A stretch of 64,000 nt of DNA, taken from Planctomycetota bacterium (GTDB lineage Bacteria; Planctomycetota; Phycisphaerae; UBA1845). Under the pieces are notes generated by a model. The model searched no databases, was not told where the DNA came from, and was given only the letters and a program-made list of their open reading frames with translations. Location of the stretch: positions 16,556-80,555 of the forward strand of contig JAJRPG010000033.1 in NCBI GenBank assembly GCA_024280855.1, given 5' to 3'. Numbering within the stretch: the stretch's first letter is position 1; every line of letters starts with the position of its first letter. The translations under genes and the position numbers were made by a program. Shown one piece after another: positions 28,350 through 38,014 of this stretch.

Positions 28350-29366
28350 ATGACACTGCAAAAACGCCATACGCTAATCACAGCCGCCACGGCGCTAACC
28401 CTGCTCGCAGCCACACCGCTCCTCGCAGGCCCGCACCGTGCCCGCACCCTGCAAATGGACGACAAGGGACAATGGGTCGAGAAGTCCACGCCATTACCAG
28501 GAACACCCGCCGGCGACATGCACACCATCCAGCAGCAACTGCGCGACAAAACTCCCCGCAAGGCCCTAGCCGCCATCAAAACCTTTATCAAAAAATATAG
28601 CCAATCTCATCCGTTATATCCCCGAGCTATGATAGCTAACGCCGAAGCACTAATAGGCCTTCATCGTTACGGCAAAGCCCACGAGCTATTGCAACAATTC
28701 CTAAACCAATACTCCGGCAGTCAGCTAACCGACGAAGCCCTCAGGCTCGAATTCCTCGTCGCAGAAGCTTACCTCTCAGGCACTAAGCGAAAGCTGTTCG
28801 GGCTAAAGCTCCTCTCCGGCACTGACGCCGCCGAGCAAATTCTTGACACCATCGCCATCGACTACCCCGAATCACGCTACGCAGAATACGCCGTAAAAAC
28901 CAAAGCCGACCACCTCTTCAACCAGGGCGAGTATCTCCTCGCAGAGCTTGAATACAGCCAACTCGTCAAAGATTTTCCCCATGGCCAATACCACGAGTTA
29001 GCCCTGAGACGCTCCGCCGAAGCAGCCTTAGCCGGCTTTCGTGGCATCGAATACGACGACGCCGCCCTCATCGAAGCCAAAGAGCGATACCGCGATTTCC
29101 AAATACGATACCCACTACCAGCGCAGCGCGATCATGTAGACCGTATCCTGGACGGGGTCGAACGAAAACGCGCCGAAAAAGAATTCAGCATAGGCCAATA
29201 CTATGAAAGCATTGATCACATAGCCTCTGCCGTGTTTTACTATCGTTCCGTCATAACCAATTGGCCCGACACCCTCGCCGCCGACAACGCCAGAACTCGG
29301 CTCAACCTATACAACACCGAACCGCAAAGTCCCAATACAAGAAGTGCAACAAGCAAAACCAACTAA
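28350..29366 (+). CDS. BamD/YfiO-like TPR outer-membrane assembly lipoprotein
   Basis: Signal-like MTLQKRHTLITAATALTLLAATPLLAG. TPR-like helices and C-terminal GQYYESIDHIASAVFYYRSVITNWPDT resemble BamD. The start could be 28311. Confidence 0.55.
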   Translation: MTLQKRHTLITAATALTLLAATPLLAGPHRARTLQMDDKGQWVEKSTPLPGTPAGDMHTIQQQLRDKTPRKALAAIKTFIKKYSQSHPLYPRAMIANAEALIGLHRYGKAHELLQQFLNQYSGSQLTDEALRLEFLVAEAYLSGTKRKLFGLKLLSGTDAAEQILDTIAIDYPESRYAEYAVKTKADHLFNQGEYLLAELEYSQLVKDFPHGQYHELALRRSAEAALAGFRGIEYDDAALIEAKERYRDFQIRYPLPAQRDHVDRILDGVERKRAEKEFSIGQYYESIDHIASAVFYYRSVITNWPDTLAADNARTRLNLYNTEPQSPNTRSATSKTN

Positions 29367-29394
29367 GGGCCTATAATCAACAGGCATTATAACC

Positions 29395-29892
29395 ATGCGA
29401 AGACAACTAAATTTAATCGCCGCCGTGATCGTTATCTTCCTGTTCAGCGGGTGTAGCTACTCCACGACACGCCCGTTTTCAGCCGATATACAAACCATCC
29501 ACGTCGAGATGTTTCACTCTAAGGAGTTTCGACGAGGACTGGAATTTCGTTTGACCGAAGCAGTCACAAAACGAATCGAAACGGACACGCCGCATCGCAT
29601 CGTGCCACGCGAAAAAGCCGACGCGGTCCTGAGCGGAGAGATTCTTAGCGTAAAGAATCGAACATTCGGAGCCGACCTGGCCAATGATTTGCCCAGAGAA
29701 ATAGGCTCCACCATCGAAATAAGACTTCGCCTCAAAGACATGAGAACAGGCGATATTCTGCTGGAAAGGCCCAGGTTTGTATACCAGGCCGCTTATATCC
29801 CCCCCGTGGGAGATACCTTTTCAGACGGCATGACCCGCGGCATGGATGGCTTAGCCCGGCAAATTGTCGAGGCAATGGAAACAGATTGGTAG
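29395..29892 (+). CDS. Lipoprotein, LptE-like
   Basis: Lipobox LFSGC. The pattern IHVEMFHSKEFRRGLEFRLTEAVTKRIE...ADAVLSGEILSV resembles LptE/RlpB. Confidence 0.4.
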   Translation: MRRQLNLIAAVIVIFLFSGCSYSTTRPFSADIQTIHVEMFHSKEFRRGLEFRLTEAVTKRIETDTPHRIVPREKADAVLSGEILSVKNRTFGADLANDLPREIGSTIEIRLRLKDMRTGDILLERPRFVYQAAYIPPVGDTFSDGMTRGMDGLARQIVEAMETDW

Positions 29893-29967
29893 CCACGCTA
29901 TCATTACTTACGGACGTAAAAGACCCAGTGGCGACCTGGAAGATATTTAAGAAACGAGACAACGCGG

Positions 29968-32010
29968 ATGGCTAATAACAACGAAACACCGACGCCTGAA
30001 AATCAAAACCCCAAAGACGGAAAACCGCCCGCAGGACCAAGCCCGCGATTATCGCGTAACCTTGTCCATTGGCTACTACTACTCGGTCTAGCTATCGTTC
30101 TCGTAGGCCTGCTACAAAACTCCCTCGAATCCGCCAAACAAATTTCCATCAGCGAATTCCGAAAGCATGTAGCTAACAAAAATATCACCAAACTCGTCAT
30201 CAGAGAAGACGGTACGATCGAAGGCGAACTCAACAAAACGCAGGTCGAAGGGACCATGCCAGACGCCTCACCGCGCTTCACTTTGACCTACCCACGCGAA
30301 GCCATCGATAGTCGATTCATCGATAACCTTAACATCGCGTTACCCGATGCAGACATCAAAGCAGATAAGCCCAACCAACTTTTACTCGTACTCTTAGGCA
30401 GCATACTTCCCTGGCTAATGATTTTCGGCTTCCTATGGTTTTTCGTATTCCGTCAACTTCGCAACGCAGGCGGCGGCGGCATGCTCGGTAACTTTGGTCG
30501 CTCGCGCCATCGCGTCACACCTAAAGAACACACCAACGTAACCTTTAACGACGTAGCCGGGATCGAAGAAGCCAAAGAAGAAGTTACCGAAATTATCGAA
30601 TTCTTAAGAATGCCGAAAAAGTTCCAGCGACTCGGCGGACGCATCCCACGCGGCGTACTTTTAGTCGGTCAGCCAGGCTGCGGTAAAACTCTTCTCGCCA
30701 AAGCCATCGCAGGTGAAGCAGATGTCCCCTTCTTCTCCATCAGCGGCTCTGACTTCGTAGAAATGTTCGTCGGCGTCGGCGCATCCCGCGTGCGAGACCT
30801 ATTCAAACAAGCCAAGGAAAATTCACCTTGCATTATCTTCTTAGACGAAATCGACGCCGTAGGCCGTAGACGCGGCGCTAGCTTTGGCGGCGGTGGTCAC
30901 GACGAACGCGAGCAAACACTCAACGCCATCCTCGTAGAAATGGACGGCTTTGAATCAAGCTCGCAAATTATCGTCATCGCAGCTACCAACCGCGCGGACG
31001 TACTCGACCCCGCCCTCACTCGTCCAGGCCGATTCGACCGACAGGTATTCGTATCCCTGCCAGACCTGCAAGGCCGATACGAAATTCTCAAAGTTCACTT
31101 GAAAAAGATCAAGCTAGGCCCAACCGTCGAGGTCAAGCGCGTGGCTCGCGGCACGCCCATGTTCAGCGGTGCCGAGTTAGCCGCGTTGACGAACGAAGCA
31201 GCCCTCATCGCCACCATGGCCGGGAAAGATTTCGTCGAGCAGGAAGACCTCGAAGAAGCCCGCGATAAAATTCGCTGGGGACGCGCCAAGAAAAGCGCCT
31301 ACGTCGATGAGCGTGACCGCAAAGTCACTGCCTATCACGAAGCAGGCCATGCGATTATCCAAGCGTTGGAAAAAGACGCCGACCCACTGCACAAAGTCAG
31401 CATCATTCCACGAGGCCCATCCGGCGGCGCGACCTTCTCTCTGCCAGAGCGCGACCGCATGGTCTACACGAAAACCTATTTACTCGCCATGATGCGCGTC
31501 ATGTTCGGCGGACGCATCGCGGAAGATATTTTCTTCGACGACATCAGCAGCGGCGCTTCGAGTGACATCAAGCAAGTCACCAGCCTTGCCCGCAACATGG
31601 TAAAAGATTGGGGCATGACCGAAGCCACCGGATTTATTTTCTACGGTGAAGATAGCAATGGCGACGGCATGGGCTTCCCCGGCGCACGCGAATACTCCGA
31701 CAAGACAGCCGAGCTGCTCGACGTTGAGATCAAGAAAATCGTAGACAGCGCCTACGCCCAGGCCCATCAGTTCATCCTGGATCACAAGTCCAAAGTAGAA
31801 GCCATAGCCGAGGCTTTGCTAAAATACGAAACGCTTTCCGGCGATGAAGTCAACGCCGTCATCCGAGGCGAGTCACTAGACCGAGCCGCCGTCGCCGACC
31901 TGCTAGACGAAGCAGAAGCCGCGACGAATTCCAGCATCGGCGTAGCAAGACCAGTAGCCGCACCACCAAAAACAGATTTAGGCGACGGACCACTACCGCA
32001 GCCAAGCTAG
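29968..32010 (+). CDS. ftsH: ATP-dependent zinc metalloprotease FtsH
   Basis: Walker [14 protein letters not shown], Walker [13 protein letters not shown] region [19 protein letters not shown] and the zinc site HEAGHA. Confidence 0.97.
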   Translation: MANNNETPTPENQNPKDGKPPAGPSPRLSRNLVHWLLLLGLAIVLVGLLQNSLESAKQISISEFRKHVANKNITKLVIREDGTIEGELNKTQVEGTMPDASPRFTLTYPREAIDSRFIDNLNIALPDADIKADKPNQLLLVLLGSILPWLMIFGFLWFFVFRQLRNAGGGGMLGNFGRSRHRVTPKEHTNVTFNDVAGIEEAKEEVTEIIEFLRMPKKFQRLGGRIPRGVLLVGQPGCGKTLLAKAIAGEADVPFFSISGSDFVEMFVGVGASRVRDLFKQAKENSPCIIFLDEIDAVGRRRGASFGGGGHDEREQTLNAILVEMDGFESSSQIIVIAATNRADVLDPALTRPGRFDRQVFVSLPDLQGRYEILKVHLKKIKLGPTVEVKRVARGTPMFSGAELAALTNEAALIATMAGKDFVEQEDLEEARDKIRWGRAKKSAYVDERDRKVTAYHEAGHAIIQALEKDADPLHKVSIIPRGPSGGATFSLPERDRMVYTKTYLLAMMRVMFGGRIAEDIFFDDISSGASSDIKQVTSLARNMVKDWGMTEATGFIFYGEDSNGDGMGFPGAREYSDKTAELLDVEIKKIVDSAYAQAHQFILDHKSKVEAIAEALLKYETLSGDEVNAVIRGESLDRAAVADLLDEAEAATNSSIGVARPVAAPPKTDLGDGPLPQPS

Positions 32011-32025
32011 TAATTGTTGCCCCCC

Positions 32026-32053
32026 GAGCCGCGGGCTTCAGCCCGCGCGGAGT
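32026..32053. repeat. Family A REP hairpin
   Basis: gagccgcgggcttcagcccgcgcggagt, 16 nt after the ftsH stop. Confidence 0.85.
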
Positions 32054-32101
32054 TGCGATGACAGTGAAGCTTGCAGTTGCCGAGCGCATGATTACCCGTC
32101 A

Positions 32102-32189
32102 TCAGAGCCGCACGGCGCAAGCCTGCGGGCATGCCTTGTAAATGTCGTAAGCCGTGAAGTTTGCCACTAGGCTTACGCTAGGTGTTCTA
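32102..32189 (-). repeat. MITE-like element, family B (reverse orientation, degenerate distal end)
   Basis: tcagagccgcacggcgcaagcctgcgggca ... actaggcttacgctaggtgttcta. The degenerate end supplies the stop codon of the 32187-32672 ORF. Confidence 0.8.
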
Positions 32190-32672
32190 AACACTTCCCT
32201 TCCCCATCTGATCAATGGCTGTTTCAATCCAATCACTCCTAAACACAGACATCATAGTACTCATGGGTTGTGGGCACTCTTGCATCGCAATATCCTGCAC
32301 CGAAAGCGTACTCCCTTCCCAAGCATATGAGATCGCCAGTGACATAGCATTGTCACGTAGCACCCCAAAGGCGATGCGAACAAAATCTTTAGGAAACCCA
32401 CCACTCACGAGCGCACCATCCATGAAGCAATATTCAAAGCCAATCGATGTAGATTTGTTGACAACGAGAATATACGGTTCTATATCAGGTGGAAGTTGAT
32501 ATCCGCAATCCGGCTTTAACACTTGATCTATCTCAATCTGATACTCAACCACGTCTTGAATCGAATCGAGAGAATCCGTACTCATGCTGTGTCTATTGTC
32601 ATCACTTAGTGTCGCTAGAAAACGCCGCTCCTCCTGGCTGATTGGTCGTGTTATTTTTTTGAATGAACCCAT
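32187..32672 (-). CDS. Hypothetical protein (orphan)
   Basis: 161-aa ORF with no motif I recognise. The local DNA is visibly more AT-rich. Confidence 0.45.
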   Translation of the reverse strand: MGSFKKITRPISQEERRFLATLSDDNRHSMSTDSLDSIQDVVEYQIEIDQVLKPDCGYQLPPDIEPYILVVNKSTSIGFEYCFMDGALVSGGFPKDFVRIAFGVLRDNAMSLAISYAWEGSTLSVQDIAMQECPQPMSTMMSVFRSDWIETAIDQMGKGSV

Positions 32673-32913
32673 CAGGTATTATCCTGTTTCGATAACCACA
32701 CAGTGGCGTGGGTCGCCCGACCTACCACCTTTTCGAAATATTATTATACAATAATCTCCTCTCACTGCCCAAAAACGCTCTTTTCTCAGCCCCTGATCTC
32801 TCCAGCGCCTATCCCGCATAGATCAGCGGTCACGTTCTTTAAGTGAGGCGTCATCGTAACGCCGTGTCATCGGGTCGCTTTGCGATCATCGAAAACTTTC
32901 AGGAGAACAGATC

Positions 32914-33681
32914 ATGCTTCGATTCACTTGCACCATCATCGTCCTCACCCTCACAACTTCCACCGGCTGCATCCGTTCCATGACAGATGATTTCTTCGCC
33001 CCCACCTTCAGCGACGCCAAGCGATTCGCCGAGCAGCTTAGCCAACAGCAGCAGGTTCACGATGACAACATGACCGCGCAGCACCAGGCCATGAGTCCCC
33101 AGGCAGCCGCAGCTATTGATAAACTCAAAACCGAGTTCGATATAAAAATCGCTGAGTTAAACAAACAAACGGAGTCCATGCACAGCACCGTGGGGGAAAA
33201 CATCGAAAAGCTGACCAGCCTCGCCGCTCGGTTCATAGGCATCCCCGATGGCCTACCGCTATCTAATCTCTTCGACAGCGCCGCCTCAGCCATCACCAAC
33301 CAAGCAGACGCGCAAGCCGACGAACTTCAAAACCTCCGCAACGAAAATGAACTCGCCAGCAAATTCTCAAGCGTCAACATGATGTCACTGAAAGAAGCCA
33401 TCCAGGAAAGTAACGAGAAAATTCAAGCCGTGATGACCGACCCCAACAAATTACGATCCACCGTCCTCACCGTAGCCAGGGAAGCAGGCATCACTCCCGA
33501 AGCCATCGCCACCTTGGAGTCAGCCAACGAACAAGATTTTATAGAACTACTTTTTACACTACTCGGCGGCGGCTTATTAGGCGGCGCAGCCTCACGCTTC
33601 GGGCCGAGTCGAAGCCAAAAGGAAACGGATAAACTTAGTCAAAAATTAGACCACATAAACGCGGCGACAACATCTAAGTAA
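32914..33681 (+). CDS. Lipoprotein with helical Q/A-rich body and C-terminal hydrophobic segment
   Basis: AGGAG lies 8 nt upstream. Lipobox TSTGC. The C-terminus is LLFTLLGGGLLGGAA. Confidence 0.6.
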   Translation: MLRFTCTIIVLTLTTSTGCIRSMTDDFFAPTFSDAKRFAEQLSQQQQVHDDNMTAQHQAMSPQAAAAIDKLKTEFDIKIAELNKQTESMHSTVGENIEKLTSLAARFIGIPDGLPLSNLFDSAASAITNQADAQADELQNLRNENELASKFSSVNMMSLKEAIQESNEKIQAVMTDPNKLRSTVLTVAREAGITPEAIATLESANEQDFIELLFTLLGGGLLGGAASRFGPSRSQKETDKLSQKLDHINAATTSK

Positions 33682-33683
33682 AC

Positions 33684-35759
33684 TTAATTAACGGACTCAA
33701 TTTTCTCAAATTCGCCATGAATCGCGTGCCAAACTGTTTCCAGCAGTTCGCCACTTTTGAACGGCTTCTGCAAAATCGCGTGTTGATTTGATGTCATAAG
33801 CTCATCATCAATAGCGTTCGTCGCATAGCCTGAGACGAACACGGTTCGAAGGCCAGCGACTTCGGAGGATATTTTTTTGTATAATTCAAAACCATTCATG
33901 CCCGGCATGACAATGTCGGTGACAAGCAAACTAATTTTAGAGTTAGCCGTGCGAGCCATATCAATCGCCTGTTCGCCATGCGCCGCTTCAAGCACGGCGT
34001 ACCCAGCGCCAGCGAGAATTTGTGTGATGACCAGGCGCACCGATGGCTCATCTTCGCCAACTAGAATAATTTCACCGTTTCCGGAGTAATCATGCGTAGC
34101 CATTTTATCCTCTACAATAATTTCGTTCGTAGACACGGGAAGTGTTACATGAAAAGTCGTACCTACGCCCACCTGGCTTTCCACCGTAACAAATCCCTTC
34201 ATCTGACTGACAATGCCGTGAACCATCGCCAGGCCTAGCCCCGTTCCTTTTCCGACGGGCTTGGTTGTAAAGAAAGGCTCAAATATATGTTCAATAACTT
34301 CCTCAGAAATGCCCACGCCATCATCCGACACAGAGATTTGCACATGCGGGCCAGGAGAAACGTCCGGGTGTATCGAGGCCAAGGATGCTGACACATCAAC
34401 ATCCTTACACGTTACTGTCACCGACCCGGCACTTTCCATTGAGTCGCGCGCGTTGAGAACGATGTTCGTAATCACTTGTTCCAGTTGGCCAGAGTCTCCA
34501 TAAACGGCTGACACAGAAGAAGCCATGTCCAATTCAAGCTGGATATTTTCTCCAAGCAATGGCTTAAGCGTAGCCTTGACGTCAGTCAGCAATTGCCGCG
34601 TATTTACCAATTGCGGCTGCGTCAATGGCTTGTGACTAAAGGCAAGCAGTTGCCTGGTTAGCATCGTACTCCGTTCGCCAGCTAGCCCAATCGTCTCAAC
34701 GCATGAAACCACTAAATCTTTATGCTCATGCCAAGCGGGCGATTTCAATTTTGAAAGGATAATTTCCGTGTTACCCATAATCGTCATCAACCGATTGTTA
34801 AACTCATGGGCCACACCCCCTGCGAGCCTGCCGACAGCCTCCATTTTCTGCGCGTGCATCAGCTCGCCAGCTAATCGCTCACGGTCAAGTTCGACTTTTT
34901 TATTGTCGGTTATATCTCTAATGTAGGTCAAAAAATGAAGCGGCTTACCTTCTTCATCTTTCACGACGGAGCAATTTTGATAAATCCAAACAATAGTGCC
35001 ATCGCGATGAATGTATCGCTTCTCCAGCTCGAACGATTGTACGTCTCCGCATATTAGTCGCTCACATTGTTGCCAGTCTTTTTCAAAATCTTCCGGATGA
35101 GTAACGGCTTTGAAACTGTTCGACAATAAATCCTTTTCCTCGTATCCCAGCAACTGGCACAGCGTAGCCGGGACTTTCAGCCATGTGCCATCCAACGCGA
35201 CATGCGTAACTATGATGAGCGAAAATTCCTCTGTTCGCGCAAGACGCTCTTCACTTTTGCGTAAAGCATCAACCGCACTGGTATGTTCAACTATTTCTTG
35301 TCGAAGTCGTTCGTTGGTATCTTGCAGGTCGCCGGTACGAGCCGCGATTTCTTGTTGTAAATGGAGTTCTCGATTTTGCTGCTCACGAATTTCTTTTTCT
35401 TCTTCCGGAATCCATCGGCGCAGCAGAATCAAGATGACCAAGCCAGCGACAATCACGTTAAACATCTTGGGAACCAGCACAGCGCCTGGCTGCTCCAATA
35501 ATACGCGCACGTAATTCGGTAATAGCTCCGCGAGCGCCGTGTACCAGATTCCGAAGTAGATACTTTCAAATAATGTGCGAAAAGCATCGATAGCTAAAAC
35601 GACAATAAGCGTCGTGAAGAGTGCGTTATGTAATCGTTGCCGCCGAATTCGAGCGACGTAGAACACCAAGATGAACGACCACATGGCAATGAGCAGCCAA
35701 TAGGTAGCCGCCGTGACGATATGAAAGGTAGTAGCCGCTACAACATGAAACGCGGTCAT
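33684..35759 (-). CDS. Hybrid sensor histidine kinase (4 TM, coiled coil, PAS, HisKA, HATPase, receiver)
   Basis: H-box GGVAHEFNNRLMTIMG. G-boxes are DDGVGI and GTGLGLAMVHG. The receiver carries VGEDEP and LLVTDIVMPGMNG. Confidence 0.9.
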   Translation of the reverse strand: MTAFHVVAATTFHIVTAATYWLLIAMWSFILVFYVARIRRQRLHNALFTTLIVVLAIDAFRTLFESIYFGIWYTALAELLPNYVRVLLEQPGAVLVPKMFNVIVAGLVILILLRRWIPEEEKEIREQQNRELHLQQEIAARTGDLQDTNERLRQEIVEHTSAVDALRKSEERLARTEEFSLIIVTHVALDGTWLKVPATLCQLLGYEEKDLLSNSFKAVTHPEDFEKDWQQCERLICGDVQSFELEKRYIHRDGTIVWIYQNCSVVKDEEGKPLHFLTYIRDITDNKKVELDRERLAGELMHAQKMEAVGRLAGGVAHEFNNRLMTIMGNTEIILSKLKSPAWHEHKDLVVSCVETIGLAGERSTMLTRQLLAFSHKPLTQPQLVNTRQLLTDVKATLKPLLGENIQLELDMASSVSAVYGDSGQLEQVITNIVLNARDSMESAGSVTVTCKDVDVSASLASIHPDVSPGPHVQISVSDDGVGISEEVIEHIFEPFFTTKPVGKGTGLGLAMVHGIVSQMKGFVTVESQVGVGTTFHVTLPVSTNEIIVEDKMATHDYSGNGEIILVGEDEPSVRLVITQILAGAGYAVLEAAHGEQAIDMARTANSKISLLVTDIVMPGMNGFELYKKISSEVAGLRTVFVSGYATNAIDDELMTSNQHAILQKPFKSGELLETVWHAIHGEFEKIESVN

Positions 35760-35972
35760 GGCTTCGCCTTCAAAGTTTTTGTGAAACGCTATAGGCCGCT
35801 CTACATAACTAAGCTCGCCTAGCCACGATTATCCTCGAAGAATCGACTCTGACAAGATGAGTCTTCACTACAAATTATGTGGTCAATGCCGATCAACCCC
35901 CTGTTCAGACAAATTGAAAATACTCAGACTTGCTGCATTGGCGCACGGATCGTAGTATGTCCACACTGCTAA

Positions 35973-37964
35973 ATGGCTACTTTCATAACGAGAGGTGTAA
36001 TGCTAATTCCTAAAACGATACGAAAATGGATCGCTGTCTTTAGAGGCGACGTGGCGCCTGCCTTGGTCTTTTTATCTGCTATGCTGGGCATTTGGTTTGG
36101 CATGACACCGGGTCTTTACGGCATTCACGCTGCGCTACTCATCGTTGCGCTTGTCGTAAACATCCATTTCGGAATCTTCATGCTCACCGCAGGCTTGGGC
36201 AAAGCCATGTGCCTAGCCGCCGCCCCGCTGTTGTATCATGTCGGCGCTTGGACTCAGAATAATTTCGGCGGCCTGTTGGACTTGTTGGCCTCGATTCCCA
36301 TCCTCGGTATCACCAACGTTTCGCGTTACGCGGTAGCAGGTTCGCTGGTCGTGGGGCCAGTGGTCGGCATAATCGCCGGTTTACTTCTCACCTTTAGCGT
36401 GCAACGATTCCGCACGTCCTGGTTAAGCTTTGAGGAAGGCTCCGAGGCATTCAACCGTTGGATGAACAAGGGTTGGGTCAAACTACTTGCCCGCATTTTC
36501 GTCGGTAAAGGTTCAGCATCAGCGGCTGACGTTTTGAATAAACGTCCTAAGTATGTGCGCGTTGCAGGCGTTATCTTAGCGGTCGTTGTAGCAGGTGGAG
36601 CGGTGGTTGGTGCGTCGATGATTAACGGCGACACACTCATCGCCTATGCCGAGCAATCGCTAACCAACGCAAACGGCGCACAGGTTGACATCAAAGAACT
36701 CGATCTTGGCATGATGAAGGGACGCGTTACGGTGAGCGACATCGCAGCCACCAATCCCGAACAGCCAAATCAAAACCGGCTCGAAATCGCCACCCTCACC
36801 GCCGACATTAGCCTGTGGGAATTGCTTTGTGGTCGAATCGTGATGGAAGAAGTCGCCATAGCCACCGTTAAGATGGACAGCCCGCGCAACAGTGCGGGCG
36901 AAGTCGTTCAATCTGCGAAGCAAGCAAAGGTATCGCCGGAAAAGTCGTCATCCATGTTTGACAAGATGGGGCTGGACTTGGGCAGTGTCGCTACTGCGGA
37001 ATCCTATTTTTCGAATGCTGAGCAAGTTCGTTCATACCTGCGCAAGCTTCAAGAATGGCTGCCAAGCAGCGAGAAGACTGAGACCGAGGAAATCCCAACC
37101 GCAGCCGTGCCCACTGCCTATCTGGAATATCTCGACGCCACAGCGCCACGATCTCCCACGCCAAGACTTGTCATACGAAAGTTAGTGATCGACGATGTCA
37201 TTATTCCGGTTGAAGGATTAGGAAACAGCAAAATCGTGTGCTTAAATCTTAGCGACGCACCAGCCGGGCTTGGAAAGCCGGTGGTGATTGAAGCCACGTC
37301 GAAGGAAAACAAATCAACGATTAAGCTTACTTCAACTTTCAAGCGAGGTGGTGGCTCATCAACAGTTGACGCATTATTTGAAGACATTGACCTCGCCAAC
37401 ATGCAAAAGAACCTCAATCGCAGCAATCCGGTCGTGCTTCAAGGAGGACAGGCTACGGCGAAAATCAGCGGGAGCATTAACCGAGAATTCATGGACATCG
37501 GTTTTGCAATTAGCACCGTTGGATTAAAGATGAATGCTGCCGGCGGCATTGGCGGTCTCGACCCTCAGGTTTCATCGGAGGCTATGAAGGTTCTCGAAAA
37601 TCTCGACATCGGCATGAGATTGGTCGGGCCAACCGCAAGTCCCAAATTGGTGATTGATAGTAAGGGCGTAGGCCAAGCCATGCAGGAGGCACTCGTGAAC
37701 GCTGGCAAAGATGAGCTTGCCCGCCGAGCTGGCGATTTACTCGAAGGTAAAATCCCCGACGGCGTACCTGACCTCAAAGACGGATTGCCCTCGCTAGGTG
37801 ATAGCCAGGGTGCGCTCAAGGGATTATTCGGCAAAAAATCATCCGACAAACCCGCCAGCCAATCAACTGAGAAAAAGAAATCAGCTGGCAAAAAAAATGA
37901 TCTTAAAAACCAGGCAGAAAAAGCTTTCGGCGGACTGTTTGGCAAGAAAAAGAAGAAGGACTAA
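35973..37964 (+). CDS. Large membrane protein: polytopic N-terminal domain, AsmA/DUF748-like beta-rich domain and lysine-rich tail
   Basis: About 5 N-terminal hydrophobic helices. The middle region contains VDIKELDLGMMKGRVTVSDIAATNPEQPNQNRLEIATLTADISLWELL. The tail repeats GLFGKK twice and ends KKKKKD. The family call is tentative. An alternative start at 36003 has an AGG-rich sequence upstream. Confidence 0.5.
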   Translation: MATFITRGVMLIPKTIRKWIAVFRGDVAPALVFLSAMLGIWFGMTPGLYGIHAALLIVALVVNIHFGIFMLTAGLGKAMCLAAAPLLYHVGAWTQNNFGGLLDLLASIPILGITNVSRYAVAGSLVVGPVVGIIAGLLLTFSVQRFRTSWLSFEEGSEAFNRWMNKGWVKLLARIFVGKGSASAADVLNKRPKYVRVAGVILAVVVAGGAVVGASMINGDTLIAYAEQSLTNANGAQVDIKELDLGMMKGRVTVSDIAATNPEQPNQNRLEIATLTADISLWELLCGRIVMEEVAIATVKMDSPRNSAGEVVQSAKQAKVSPEKSSSMFDKMGLDLGSVATAESYFSNAEQVRSYLRKLQEWLPSSEKTETEEIPTAAVPTAYLEYLDATAPRSPTPRLVIRKLVIDDVIIPVEGLGNSKIVCLNLSDAPAGLGKPVVIEATSKENKSTIKLTSTFKRGGGSSTVDALFEDIDLANMQKNLNRSNPVVLQGGQATAKISGSINREFMDIGFAISTVGLKMNAAGGIGGLDPQVSSEAMKVLENLDIGMRLVGPTASPKLVIDSKGVGQAMQEALVNAGKDELARRAGDLLEGKIPDGVPDLKDGLPSLGDSQGALKGLFGKKSSDKPASQSTEKKKSAGKKNDLKNQAEKAFGGLFGKKKKKD

Positions 37965-38014
37965 ATTATTCTGCAGGGAGCAGAAAAAGGTTGGCTAGGC
38001 ATAAGTGTTGAGCC

